Positions 33,354 through 46,137 are shown, numbered from the stretch's first letter. The stretch: DNA of 64,000 bases from an uncultured delta proteobacterium (GCA_963755125.1 CAVWIP010000015.1:32001-96000); one strand, 5' to 3'. Translations and numbers: made by a program. Notes: generated from the letters alone by a model not told the origin.

Positions 33354-34496
33354 CTACACCGCTCGCGCGATTTCTGCGATCTCCTGGTCCGACAGCCACT
33401 TCTTGCGGTCGCATGCGGCGATCACCCGGTGATACACGGTTTCTACCTGCTGCACGTTCAGCTCGAAACCCAGGTGCCGGCATCGGTCGACCACGGCGTG
33501 GCGTCCGCTGTGTTTGCCCACCACGAGTTGGCTTGAGGGTACGCCCACCGTGTTGGGATGCATGATTTCGTAGGTCGTCCGCTCTTTCAGGAAGCCGTCT
33601 TGATGAATTCCCGCTTCGTGGGCAAAGGCATTGCGGCCCACGATGGCCTTGTTGGGCTGGACACCCACGCCAATGATCTCGGTGAGCAGTTGGCTGGCCG
33701 GGAAGAGCTGCGCTGTCACGATGCCGGTATCGAACGGCAAGACGTCTTGGCGCACCTTGAGCGCCATCACGAACTCCTCCAGCGAGCAGTTGCCCGCCCG
33801 CTCGCCGATGCCGTTGATGGTGCACTCCACCTGGCGCACGCCCGCCTGCACAGCCGCGATAGAGTTGGCGGTCGACAATCCCAAGTCATCGTGGCAATGG
33901 ACGCTGACCACCGCTCGCCCGGCCAGGGCCTGCACCACCTGGCCGACCAGTTGCCCGTATTCGGCCGGAATCGAATATCCGACGGTGTCAGGCAGGTTCA
34001 CGATACGGGCGCCCGCTTCGACCACGGCCTTGGAAAAGGCGATCAGGCTTGCGGCCGAGGTGCGCGTAGCGTCTTCCGCCGAGAACTCCACCTCGTCGAC
34101 ATACCGGCGCGCCAACTGCACGGAGTTGACGGCGATCTCCAGCGCCTGCTCCTCGGTCTTCTTCAGCTTGTGCTGCAGATGCAGGGGGCTGGTAGCGATG
34201 AAGGTGTGAATGCGGGGTCGCTTGGCTTTCTCCAGCGCCTTAGCTGCGCGCTCGATGTCGCCGGTGTGGCAGCGGGCCAGGGCGGCGACCGTGAAACCGC
34301 CGAACTCCTGCCCGATCCGGTCGACCGCCTCGAAGTCGCCTTCCGAGGCCATGGGGAAGCCGGCCTCCAGCACATCGACATTCAGTTCCACCAGCTTGCG
34401 GGCCAGGCGCATCTTTTCTGCGACGGTCATGCTGCAGCCACAGGACTGCTCGCCGTCGCGCAGGGTGGTGTCGAAGATGAAGACGCGGTCGCTCAT
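33354..34496 (-). CDS. leuA: 2-isopropylmalate synthase, short form lacking the regulatory domain
   Basis: FDTTLRDGEQ, EAGFP, PDTVG, HCHDDLG, GIGERAGN, HEAGIHQDG, GKHSG; 380 aa. Confidence 0.85.
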   Translation of the reverse strand: MSDRVFIFDTTLRDGEQSCGCSMTVAEKMRLARKLVELNVDVLEAGFPMASEGDFEAVDRIGQEFGGFTVAALARCHTGDIERAAKALEKAKRPRIHTFIATSPLHLQHKLKKTEEQALEIAVNSVQLARRYVDEVEFSAEDATRTSAASLIAFSKAVVEAGARIVNLPDTVGYSIPAEYGQLVGQVVQALAGRAVVSVHCHDDLGLSTANSIAAVQAGVRQVECTINGIGERAGNCSLEEFVMALKVRQDVLPFDTGIVTAQLFPASQLLTEIIGVGVQPNKAIVGRNAFAHEAGIHQDGFLKERTTYEIMHPNTVGVPSSQLVVGKHSGRHAVVDRCRHLGFELNVQQVETVYHRVIAACDRKKWLSDQEIAEIARAV

Positions 34497-34562
34497 GGGG
34501 TGGATTCCTTTCAGGTGGACGCACTCTAGCGATTTGGCCACATGCTGGCGAATTGATTCTTC

Positions 34563-34588
34563 TGTCAATTGACATCAATGTGATTTAT
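34563..34588. promoter_or_regulatory. Divergent promoter region with TGTCAATTGACA palindrome and LysR-type T-N11-A box
   Basis: 12-bp palindrome 34563-34574 (TTGACA on both strands); ATCAATGTGATTTAT 34574-34588. Confidence 0.5.
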
Positions 34589-34608
34589 AGTGGACAGAAG
34601 AGGGCGGC

Positions 34609-35475
34609 ATGGACTTGCACACCCTAGAAATTTTCCGCGCGGTCGCGAGCGAGAGAAGCTTCTCGCGCGCGGCGGCTCGGCTGGCGCGCACCCAGCCCGC
34701 GGTTTCCATGGCCGTGCAGCGCCTGGAAGCCGAAGTGGGCGAGCCGCTCATCGATCGCGCGGGGAAACAACCACGCCTGACCGACGCTGGCCAGGTGCTG
34801 GTCGACTACGCCCGGCGCTTCGACAACCTGCGCGCCGAGCTTGCCGTAGCCCTGGCCGAGTTGCGCGACCACGGCGCCGGGCGGCTGTCCATAGGCGCCA
34901 ACGAATCGACGACCTCGTATCTGCTGCCGCTCATCGCGCGCTACCGCAAGCTATATCCGCGCGTGAAGGTGCAGGTCCGGCGCAGCCAGTCGAGCCGGAT
35001 CCCCGTCGAGATCCTGGAGGGTGACTTGGAGATGGGCGTGATCGGCTACGAGCCCCAGGACGAGCGCTTGGTCGCGCGCACCATCTACACCGATCACCTG
35101 GCCTGCGTGGTCTCGCCCCAGCACCGCTTTGCGCGGCGGCGATCGGTTTCCATTGCCGAGCTGGGTGCCGAGACATTTATCGCTCACAACGAGATGTCGC
35201 CCTACAAAGAGGTCGTGCTACGCCAGTTCGAGCGTCTCAAGGTCCCGTTGCGACAGGACGTGGAGATGCCCACGGTGGAGGCCATCCGCAAGATGGTCCA
35301 GCGCAACCAGGGCGTGGCTTTTCTGCCCCGCATGTGCGTCGAGGAGGAGATCGCCCAGGGTACGCTGCGGGAAGTGCAGGTGATCGACCTGCAGACCGAG
35401 CGGAAGATCCGACTGGTGTATCCCGCCGGCCGCACCCTCAGCCACGCCGGCCGGGCCTTCCTCGATCTGCTGTAG
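34609..35475 (+). CDS. LysR family transcriptional regulator
   Basis: SFSRAAARLARTQPAVSMAVQRLE HTH; LTDAG. Confidence 0.95.
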   Translation: MDLHTLEIFRAVASERSFSRAAARLARTQPAVSMAVQRLEAEVGEPLIDRAGKQPRLTDAGQVLVDYARRFDNLRAELAVALAELRDHGAGRLSIGANESTTSYLLPLIARYRKLYPRVKVQVRRSQSSRIPVEILEGDLEMGVIGYEPQDERLVARTIYTDHLACVVSPQHRFARRRSVSIAELGAETFIAHNEMSPYKEVVLRQFERLKVPLRQDVEMPTVEAIRKMVQRNQGVAFLPRMCVEEEIAQGTLREVQVIDLQTERKIRLVYPAGRTLSHAGRAFLDLL

Positions 35476-36852
35476 CTACCCGTCTTCCCCGTCATCCTCG
35501 CTGCCCGCCGCCACACCGGCACGTTCCAGCGCCCGGTACAGCGTGCGGCGGTCAATGCCCAGACGCTCTGCCGCCTTCTTCTTGTTGCCGCCACATTCGC
35601 CCAGGACGAGCGCGATATAGCGCTTCTCCAGCTCCGACAGGGTCGGGCGATCATCGAAAATTCCCGTCGGTGCGGCCGGTGAGCCACCATAGACCTCGAC
35701 GGGAAGATCGGAGGGCAACACCACGTTTCCCTTGGCCACCGCAACCGCGCGCTCGATGGCGTTTTCCAGTTCGCGCACGTTTCCAGGCCAGACGTGGCGA
35801 CACAGAACCTCCAGCGCCTCGGGCGACACGCTCGCCTCGGGGCGACCCTCGCGGCGCGCGATCTTGGCCAGGAAGTGGCGCACCAAAATGGGGATGTCGC
35901 CGGCGCGGTCACGCAAGGGAGGCATGCGCACGGTGACCACGTTGATGCGGAAATAGAGATCTTCGCGGAAGCGGCCCGTCTTGACGTCCGCTTCCAGATC
36001 GCGGTTGGTGGCGCACACCAGGCGCACGTCGACCTTGATTGACTCGGTGCCGCCCACCGGCCTCACCTCGCCGTCCTGCAGAACTCGCAGTAGCTGAGCC
36101 TGCATCTTGGGGCCCATGTCGCCAATCTCGTCGAGAAACAGCGTGCCGTCGTTGGCCATCTCGAACAGGCCACGCTTGGCGGCCACCGCGCCGGTGAAGG
36201 CGCCCCGGGCGTGGCCGAACAGCTCGGATTCGAGGAGCGATTCGGAGAGTGCCGTGCAGTTCACCGGTACGAACGCTTTGCCAGCGCGGGGCGAGCGGCT
36301 GTGGATGGCGCGCGCCACCAGTTCCTTGCCGGTGCCCGATTCCCCCACCACGAGAACGGTGGCGGTCGTGGGGGCCACCCGTGCGACCAGCTTGTAGACA
36401 TCGAGCATGCGCGGGCTCTTGCCTTCGATCTCGGCCACCTGCGCCCGCTGTGCCGCCGTCTTGGGCGTGGCACCCGCCTCGGCGGACAGGCGCCTGCGCT
36501 CCAGCGCGCGCCCCACGGTCTGGCGCAGCTCTTCGACATTGAAAGGCTTGGAGACATAGTCATAGGCGCCGTGTCCGATGGCTTCCATGGCGCCGGTGAC
36601 GTCGCCGAATGCGGTGATGAGGATGACGGGCGTGCCTGGGGCCTTCTCGGAGAAGGCACGCAGCACGTCCATGCCGCCCACCCGTTCCATGCGGATGTCA
36701 GAAACCACGAGATCATAGCGCCCGGACGCCGCCCGTTCGACGGCGGGCGCGCCGTCGTCCACGGCGTCGACCTCGAAGCCTTCGGCACTCAAGATCTCGC
36801 GCAGAAGGTCGCGCGCGACGGCGTCGTCCTCGACGACCAGAACCTTGGTCAT
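35476..36852 (-). CDS. Sigma54-dependent response regulator (NtrC family)
   Basis: Receiver, GESGTGKE, GAFTGA, FLDEIG, WPGNVREL, Fis-type HTH. Confidence 0.96.
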   Translation of the reverse strand: MTKVLVVEDDAVARDLLREILSAEGFEVDAVDDGAPAVERAASGRYDLVVSDIRMERVGGMDVLRAFSEKAPGTPVILITAFGDVTGAMEAIGHGAYDYVSKPFNVEELRQTVGRALERRRLSAEAGATPKTAAQRAQVAEIEGKSPRMLDVYKLVARVAPTTATVLVVGESGTGKELVARAIHSRSPRAGKAFVPVNCTALSESLLESELFGHARGAFTGAVAAKRGLFEMANDGTLFLDEIGDMGPKMQAQLLRVLQDGEVRPVGGTESIKVDVRLVCATNRDLEADVKTGRFREDLYFRINVVTVRMPPLRDRAGDIPILVRHFLAKIARREGRPEASVSPEALEVLCRHVWPGNVRELENAIERAVAVAKGNVVLPSDLPVEVYGGSPAAPTGIFDDRPTLSELEKRYIALVLGECGGNKKKAAERLGIDRRTLYRALERAGVAAGSEDDGEDG

Positions 36853-38402
36853 GCTGCTCCTCCGGCCGCGGCCCGCGGGGATGCTGGTTCGGCCTGCGCG
36901 TTCCGGGGCAAGCGCAGGGTGAAAGCCGAGCCTCGGCCGGGTGTGCTTTCTACGGCGATCGTGCCGCCCAGCGCCTTGGCCAATTCGCGGCAGATGGCCA
37001 GGCCCAGCCCGGTGCCCTTGCCTCGACCCTTGGTGGTGTAGAACGGCTCGAAGATTCGCCGCAGATCTTCCGGTGCGATGCCGGTTCCCGTGTCGCGCAC
37101 CGTGATGACCACGTGGTCATCCTGCGACTGCGACGTCAGCCCGACGAGGCCTCCCTGTTCCACGGCATCCAGGGCGTTGGAGAGCAGGTTGATCACGATC
37201 TGTCGTAACAGGCCTGGGTCGGTGATGAAGTTAGTCGGATCTTCGGGCACCTCCACGTTCAGAGTCTTATTGCTCCCCAACTCGCCTCCGCGGGTGATCT
37301 CGACCGCCTCGCTGAGAACCTGGCGCAATGAAACCAGCTTGCGTTCCGCCTCGAGGGAGCGCGTGGAGTCGAGGTAGTCGCGCACGATGCGGCCAATGCG
37401 GGCGATCTCGCGCGTGGACACGTCCAAGCGTTCGCGCAGGCTGGGCGACAGATCACGCTGCGACAAGGCGAGTTGAAGATGGCCGGACACCGATGACAGC
37501 GGAGTACCGATCTCATGGGCAAGCTGCGCGGCCAACTGGCCGAGAGTGGCCATGCGCACCTTCGAGGCGTTTTCCCGGCGCAACTCGTTCAGCAGGCGGT
37601 TAAGTTGTTCGAGGGCCATGTTCTTGCGTGACAGATCCTGCGTGGCTATCTCGATCTCGCGTGCGAGGCGCTGGTTGAAGGCGTGGATCTCGCGGTTCGC
37701 GGTGGAAAGCTGCTCCAGCATCCGGTTGAAACCGTATGACAGACGCCCCACCTCGTCCTTGGTATCCGACGGCACCCGCCGATCCATGTCACCGGCTTCG
37801 ACGTCACGCATGGCACGCGCCAAGATATCGAGCCGCCGCAAGACCACACGGTCAATGATGAAGCCAGACAGGAAAACCAGCACCATGAGCTGGCCAAGGC
37901 CCAACAGCAGTGACCAGCGTTCCGTCACTTTGATGACCGATTGCACTGGGCCCAGGCTCCAGTTCATGCTGAGCACGGCGATCCAGGGTCCCTTGAGGTC
38001 GACGGTTCTGCTGATCACTTGGATGTCGTCACCTTCGGTGGCCTTGCGGGTGTAGATAATGGGTTCGCGGGGGATCGAGCCGAGGCGAGTGATCTCCGTG
38101 GCCTCGCCACGCTGGGCGAAGATGCGGGTCGCACTTTCGCGTTCGATGACCAGTTGCAGACGCTGGATGCGCGGATGCCGGTTGATGTAGTTCGACAGCG
38201 CGATGGCCAGATCGCGGTCCTCGGCGTCGGCGTCGAAACGTTCCAGGGTCTGCCGGATGTCGTCCGCGATCTCGTCCGCCGACGCAAGCGCCTGCCGGAT
38301 CAGTTCGCGGCGCATGGCGTAGATGCGCAGCCAAAAGGTCGCGCCGGCGGTCACGAGCACACTGACCGCGACGAGCAGCCAAACCTTGGTTCGGATCGTC
38401 AC
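36849..38402 (-). CDS. Membrane sensor histidine kinase with HAMP domain
   Basis: Two TM helices, HAMP, AHEIGTPL, NALDA, GTGLGL; 4-nt overlap with the regulator. Confidence 0.92.
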   Translation of the reverse strand: MTIRTKVWLLVAVSVLVTAGATFWLRIYAMRRELIRQALASADEIADDIRQTLERFDADAEDRDLAIALSNYINRHPRIQRLQLVIERESATRIFAQRGEATEITRLGSIPREPIIYTRKATEGDDIQVISRTVDLKGPWIAVLSMNWSLGPVQSVIKVTERWSLLLGLGQLMVLVFLSGFIIDRVVLRRLDILARAMRDVEAGDMDRRVPSDTKDEVGRLSYGFNRMLEQLSTANREIHAFNQRLAREIEIATQDLSRKNMALEQLNRLLNELRRENASKVRMATLGQLAAQLAHEIGTPLSSVSGHLQLALSQRDLSPSLRERLDVSTREIARIGRIVRDYLDSTRSLEAERKLVSLRQVLSEAVEITRGGELGSNKTLNVEVPEDPTNFITDPGLLRQIVINLLSNALDAVEQGGLVGLTSQSQDDHVVITVRDTGTGIAPEDLRRIFEPFYTTKGRGKGTGLGLAICRELAKALGGTIAVESTPGRGSAFTLRLPRNAQAEPASPRAAAGGAA

Positions 38403-38465
38403 GCGCGAATCCTAAGTGCAAATCCGTGGGCGAGAGCGCCCGCTGACACGAGAATAGCAGCCGAC

Positions 38466-38501
38466 AACAAAAAACCCCCGGGGATTATCCCGGGGGTCTT
38501 T
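38466..38501 (-). terminator. Rho-independent terminator
   Basis: ACCCCCGGG/CCCGGGGGT stem followed by a T-run on the minus strand. Confidence 0.85.
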
Positions 38502-38525
38502 GCGAAGAAGCAGCGTCGAAGCTTG

Positions 38526-38711
38526 TTACTTCGCCTCTTCCTTGGTCTCGTCGCCCTTCTTCTCCTTCTTGCCCTTCTTGCCCTTCTTGCCCTTGGCGGG
38601 CTTGGCGGTATCACCAGCGGCGGCCGGCTCATCGGCTGCGGAGGCGAGGGTCGTGGTGGCCGTCGGAATAACGAACGCGAGTGCGAGGAGGATAACGCGG
38701 GTCAGCTTCAT
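38526..38711 (-). CDS. Small secreted Lys/Ala-rich protein (61 aa)
   Basis: RBS AAGGAG, signal peptide ending ASA, own promoter and terminator. Confidence 0.85.
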   Translation of the reverse strand: MKLTRVILLALAFVIPTATTTLASAADEPAAAGDTAKPAKGKKGKKGKKEKKGDETKEEAK

Positions 38712-38771
38712 AGTGATCTCCTTATCATCTTCTGTTTTCTGGCCTTGGGGCCGGGAATGAACGTCGGACCT

Positions 38772-38787
38772 TGCAGCCCATGTGCCA
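38772..38787 (-). promoter_or_regulatory. Sigma54 -24/-12 promoter
   Basis: Minus strand reads TGGCAC-ATGGG-CTGCA versus consensus TGGCAC-N5-TTGCW. Confidence 0.75.
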
Positions 38788-38929
38788 CGGCGTGCGTATC
38801 TGCAGAACGTAAAGATTTTAAGCAGTTAGGAGCTTTCCTGGGAAGAATAGCCGAACCAAAGTGAGGCGATTTTGTTTGCGCAAGACCGACCATGTGGCGA
38901 TGTGCCGCATCGGTTGGAGACGCGGATCG

Positions 38930-39400
38930 CTATTTCTGGTCAGTCTGGGTGAGGATGGCGATGTTCTTCGCACCGGCTCTCTTGGCGATGGCCATGAGGT
39001 CCACTGCCTCGCCCAGGAACACGTTCTTGTCGCCGCGCAGGAGGAGGGTTTCCGAGCCCACGTCGTTGAGCGCCTTGCGGATCTCCTGTTCCAGGTTGGC
39101 CACATCGATCTTCTTGGAAAAGAGATAAATCTCGTTGTTCTTGGTCACGGTGAGGATGGGATCGGTGCGCTTCTTCGTCACCGCGCCGGCCGCGTTCGCC
39201 TTGGGCAGGGCAACCTTCACGCCCGTGCGCGAGGTGATTTCCGACTCGACGATGGCTGTGGACGTGACCATGAAGATAATGAGCAGGACCAAGAACACGT
39301 CGGTCAGCGGCGTGATGTTGATTTCCGCCACCACGGTCTCGCTCACATCGGCCTCGCTATCCGCCACGCTGGCGTCTTCTATTTGGATGTTCATCCCCAT
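38930..39400 (-). CDS. exbD: ExbD/TolR family protein
   Basis: EINITPLTDVFLVLLIIFMVT. Confidence 0.9.
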   Translation of the reverse strand: MGMNIQIEDASVADSEADVSETVVAEINITPLTDVFLVLLIIFMVTSTAIVESEITSRTGVKVALPKANAAGAVTKKRTDPILTVTKNNEIYLFSKKIDVANLEQEIRKALNDVGSETLLLRGDKNVFLGEAVDLMAIAKRAGAKNIAILTQTDQK

Positions 39401-39409
39401 GGACGGGAT

Positions 39410-40102
39410 CTACGACGGCGAGGCATTCTTCTCTGGGGAAGGTGGAACTGTGCCGGTCACTGCGGGGGGCACCTCGTGGGCTTTCGCGTACTCGCCCAGC
39501 ACGAGGAGAAATTCTTCGCAGAAGACCTTGTATTCGATCGCGAGGGAACCCACCCGGGAGACGAAATAGTTGTAGGCAATGACGGCGTAGATGGCGACCA
39601 GGAGGCCGGCCGCCGTGGCCACCAGCGCGGCCGCGATTCCCTGTGAAACCACCTTGAACCCGCCGGTACCCGCCATCGACATTGACTGGAAGGCCTTGAG
39701 GATGCCCACCACCGTGCCGAACAGCCCCACGAAGGGCGCCGACGATCCCACGGTCCCGAGCGCCCATAGGTAGCGCTTGAACGACCCGATGGCGACCGTC
39801 CGCTGCGACATGACGGCCTCGGTGGTCTTGTGCGGTGTTTTCGCGAACACGCGCAGGCCGCGGCCAAAGACTTCGGCCAACGGATCGTTCGACGTCTCGC
39901 AGAAGGCGTGGGCCTTGGGCAGATCCCCGCTCTCGATGGCGCCGACCACGCGGTTCTTGAACACCTCGGACTTGGGCAGCACGTTCCACAACGCGTAGAC
40001 GCGCTCGCAGATGATAGTCAACCCGGCGACCGACCACAGCAGGAGGAGCGACAGGATCATCCACTCGTCGTGGATCAAATTAGAAATGGTTTCCCAGGTC
40101 AT
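39410..40102 (-). CDS. exbB: ExbB/TolQ/MotA proton channel family protein
   Basis: APFVGLFGTVVGI, GIAAALVATAAGL. Confidence 0.9.
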   Translation of the reverse strand: MTWETISNLIHDEWMILSLLLLWSVAGLTIICERVYALWNVLPKSEVFKNRVVGAIESGDLPKAHAFCETSNDPLAEVFGRGLRVFAKTPHKTTEAVMSQRTVAIGSFKRYLWALGTVGSSAPFVGLFGTVVGILKAFQSMSMAGTGGFKVVSQGIAAALVATAAGLLVAIYAVIAYNYFVSRVGSLAIEYKVFCEEFLLVLGEYAKAHEVPPAVTGTVPPSPEKNASPS

Positions 40103-40174
40103 GGATGCGACCCCAAGCGTGCTCGGCGAAAGTCGCTTTGTCCAGTGTTCGTCCATATCGTCTACAATGCCCGC

Positions 40175-42430
40175 ATGGCCCAGGCCACGCAGGGAAGCGG
40201 CGAATTTCACCTTTCGCGCAAGATCGCGGCCGCCGAGTTGTTGCTGGGAGCGATCGAGGTCGCGGTGTGCGCCCTGCCTCTCGTCTTGTGCGCACGCAAC
40301 CTGCCTGACCCGTGGCTATGGGCCAAGGTGCTGGTGCCGGTCCTGCTGGCTGCCTGGTCCGCTTCCCTGTTTCGGTTGGTGGACTTGTTGCGGTCTTTGA
40401 GCGAACAGTTGGCCATCCTTCAGCGAGGTGAAAAGGCCAGGGCACTGAACACTGATGGTGCGCGCCGGGCACTTGCGTTCGCGCCCCGCGAGAGTGCTCT
40501 CGTCCATTTTGTCCTGTGGACCGGCCTGGCGTTGGTGCTGGCGGCTGCGTTTTTCCGTTCAGGCGGGCGTGACCCGTTGCAGGCTGCGGCGCTGGCCACC
40601 CTCGGTGTCGTTTCGGCGGCAGGGGTGGCCGCGGTCCGTCTTCTGGTTCTTGACCGCATCCTGGGAGCTGTCCGGCCGATGCTCATGCCTCAGCTTCAGG
40701 CGGTTCACGCTTTCGCACGGCACTACCGCGGCTGGTTCGCGTGCGTGGCGCTGGCCACGCTGGGGCTGTCGCATGCCTTGCTGGCGCTGATGGCCTACGG
40801 GCCGCTGGGGTTGCTGGGATTGGCTCGGGCCGCGTTTCCCCTGTGGGCGGTGCTGGTTGCGGCGGCTTTCGTCTGGTGGCGTTCCTTTGCTCGCCGGGCC
40901 GCGCCCATCGAACAGTACTTCGACGCGACCGTCCGGGTGCGCGGCAACAAGGGCCCAGCCCGCGACGAGCCAAAGGCGGTCGCGGCGTTTCTCGCTGCGC
41001 AGGCACTGCCCTACCGACTTTCTGCCTGGCAGGGCGTCGCAGTCGGATTGGCCGGAGCTGCGGGACTAATGGGCGCGATCTGGCCCTGGCCGGGCCTTGA
41101 TGGCCGCGCGGTTGGCCGGATGGTCGTCGCGCTGACGATGATCGCTGGTGTGGTCGCAATCTATCAAAGGATCGCCTTGCAGGAGATCCTGCGGCCGCTG
41201 GTTCGCCACCTGGGCTCGCGCCACGCGCTACCGCCGGCCCAGATCACCTCGCCCGTCGGCCTTCGCCTCAAGCTGGCCGTGTCCTTCGTCGCGGTATGGG
41301 GTCTTGGCGTCGGATTCCTCTGGCTCCTGCCGCACTCCGCATCCGGCGGCGCGCGTCTGGCGTTCGCAGTCGGCATCGTGCTCGCGGCCGGTCTCGTGCT
41401 GTTAGCCGTGCGTGACGTGGTGGCTCCGTTGCGCGCCCTCGAGGAGCGCTCAGGCGAGATGTCCAAGGGACAACTTGCTCGTCCGGTGCCGCCCTGGGGC
41501 GACGCCGACGAACTTGGTCGCTTGGCAGTGATCTTCGAGGAGATGCGGCGCTCGCTGCGCGACCGGCTGCGTTCGACCGAGTCAATCAATGTCGACTTGG
41601 AGCGTGAGGTGCGCCGGCGTACCGAGGCACTGGAACAGCGCAACGCCGAACTGCGGGACGCGCTCGACAAGTTGCGACGGGCGCAGGACAACCTGATTCG
41701 GAGCGAGAAGCTGGCCTCCATGGGCCGGCTGGTGGCGGGGATCGCGCATGAGATCAACAACCCGGTCAATGCCGTCATCAACTCACTCGGGCCGCTGGAG
41801 GAGGCGGTGCGTCGTATTGCGGCGGTAGAACCCCAAGGTCCAATCGGGAAACTTGCCGCCGAGGCATCGGAGATTCTGGCCGTGGTCCAGCGCGGGGCTG
41901 CGCGGACCAAGAGCATCGTGCAAGCGCTGCACGGCTATGCGCGGGGTGATGAGTCTGTCGAGCGGGAGGTTTTCCTCGCTCGCAGCGTGGAAGACACCCT
42001 CGGTTTGCTGCAACACCGACTGCGGCACGTGCAAATCGTCAAGGAAGTGGATCCCGAGGCACGCATTCGCGGCTTTCCAGGGCAGGTGGACCAAGTCCTC
42101 ATGAATCTGCTGACCAATGCCGCGCAAGCCATTGGCGATCGCGGCGGAACCATTCGCGTCAGTGTGCAAACCAGCGATACCCGCGTGTTGCTGACCGTGA
42201 GCGACGACGGCCCGGGAATCCCGGTCGACGTGATGCCGCGAATTTTCGACCCGTTTTTCACCACCAAAGACGTGGGCGAGGGTTCAGGGCTGGGGTTGTC
42301 GATCGTTCACGGCATCATCGAGCGCCACGGCGGCGAGATCGATGTGGCCAGCAAGCCCGGGCAGGGGACGACTTTCACGATTTCGTTTCCTCGGCCGGGC
42401 GTAGAACCGCAGTCCGGACGGGCGACCTGA
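40175..42430 (+). CDS. Polytopic membrane sensor histidine kinase with HAMP domain
   Basis: Many TM helices, DELG, AHEINNP, NAAQA, PFFTTK, GSGLGL. Confidence 0.9.
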   Translation: MAQATQGSGEFHLSRKIAAAELLLGAIEVAVCALPLVLCARNLPDPWLWAKVLVPVLLAAWSASLFRLVDLLRSLSEQLAILQRGEKARALNTDGARRALAFAPRESALVHFVLWTGLALVLAAAFFRSGGRDPLQAAALATLGVVSAAGVAAVRLLVLDRILGAVRPMLMPQLQAVHAFARHYRGWFACVALATLGLSHALLALMAYGPLGLLGLARAAFPLWAVLVAAAFVWWRSFARRAAPIEQYFDATVRVRGNKGPARDEPKAVAAFLAAQALPYRLSAWQGVAVGLAGAAGLMGAIWPWPGLDGRAVGRMVVALTMIAGVVAIYQRIALQEILRPLVRHLGSRHALPPAQITSPVGLRLKLAVSFVAVWGLGVGFLWLLPHSASGGARLAFAVGIVLAAGLVLLAVRDVVAPLRALEERSGEMSKGQLARPVPPWGDADELGRLAVIFEEMRRSLRDRLRSTESINVDLEREVRRRTEALEQRNAELRDALDKLRRAQDNLIRSEKLASMGRLVAGIAHEINNPVNAVINSLGPLEEAVRRIAAVEPQGPIGKLAAEASEILAVVQRGAARTKSIVQALHGYARGDESVEREVFLARSVEDTLGLLQHRLRHVQIVKEVDPEARIRGFPGQVDQVLMNLLTNAAQAIGDRGGTIRVSVQTSDTRVLLTVSDDGPGIPVDVMPRIFDPFFTTKDVGEGSGLGLSIVHGIIERHGGEIDVASKPGQGTTFTISFPRPGVEPQSGRAT

Positions 42431-42630
42431 GATGGGAACCCTGAGAGGGTTCGCTTCGCCCTTCGGCCCCCCACCCGCCTCCTCCTCCCCGCTCGCTTCG
42501 CTCGGCCTCGCCAAACCTTCCCGCGATGGTCCGCGGCGAGCAACGAGGGTGCGCGCGAAGCGCGCGGGGTGGGCAGGGCGGCCGTCGGTCCCGAAGCCCC
42601 CCGCACGGGGAGCTCGCCGGCTCCCCACGC
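42428..42630 (+). repeat. Dispersed hairpin element, copy 3 (inserts at 42453-42510 and 42544-42610)
   Basis: Same core as 24774; its TGA is the kinase stop codon. Confidence 0.9.
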
Positions 42631-42673
42631 GACTAGCGCCTGTCTTGCTGGCGTGCCTGCAGAGCAGGACCGG

Positions 42674-42946
42674 CTACTTGGCTGGCTTGGCAGCGGGTGC
42701 AGGAGCGAGTGCAGGGGCCGGGGCGGCGGCGGGCGCCGCGGCAGAGGCTGCCTTCTGCGCGTGGACCATGTTTTGGACGTCAATGAGCTTGTCCATGACT
42801 TCCTTGACCCTTGTGTCCACAACCTGGACCTTCTGATCGAGAGCCTCGATCCGTTCGTCGATCGCGGCAATCGTCATCCAGAACCCGGCAACCATCACCG
42901 CAAGCAGCACAATAATGAGAAAGATGTCTAGCCTCATTTTGCCCAT
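42674..42946 (-). CDS. Small membrane-anchored coiled-coil protein
   Basis: RBS GGAGGT, one TM helix, heptad segment, Ala/Pro-rich tail. Confidence 0.75.
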   Translation of the reverse strand: MGKMRLDIFLIIVLLAVMVAGFWMTIAAIDERIEALDQKVQVVDTRVKEVMDKLIDVQNMVHAQKAASAAAPAAAPAPALAPAPAAKPAK

Positions 42947-43083
42947 TCGACACCTCCGGCGGGCATCGTACATGAACTCATCAGCAATTCTCCAGTAAAC
43001 TGTGCATCCTTGCTCACAGTGTGTGTGCGCGATCCAGTCGTTTCGATGCGCTTGCCCCGTCGGGAAACACGGGGGACGAAAAC

Positions 43084-43111
43084 TTGACGGCTGAGTCGGC
43101 CGGGATACGGT
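43084..43111 (+). promoter_or_regulatory. Putative sigma70 promoter of ftsK
   Basis: TTGACG-16 bp-TACGGT. Confidence 0.4.
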
Positions 43112-43164
43112 GTGTGTAGGTCTAGGTAGTAGCGAAAATACCAAGCCGACACGGGGCAAGAACA

Positions 43165-45993
<2,829 letters not shown>

Positions 45994-46137
45994 GGTAGCG
46001 TCGTGCAGCTTCGCGGGGCATCTGGATGATGGGATGCGGCTGAGAACGCAGCGAGGAGAGGAACGGCCACAGAGTGGGTGTCTGTGGGCGCCATGAGCGA
46101 AACACGCGAATCGCCGAGAACCGTTGTACAGTAAGGC

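Noticed and set aside
42432..42836. 134-aa ORF starting MGTLRGFASP
   Set aside because: A translation of the repeat element running antisense into a better-supported small gene.
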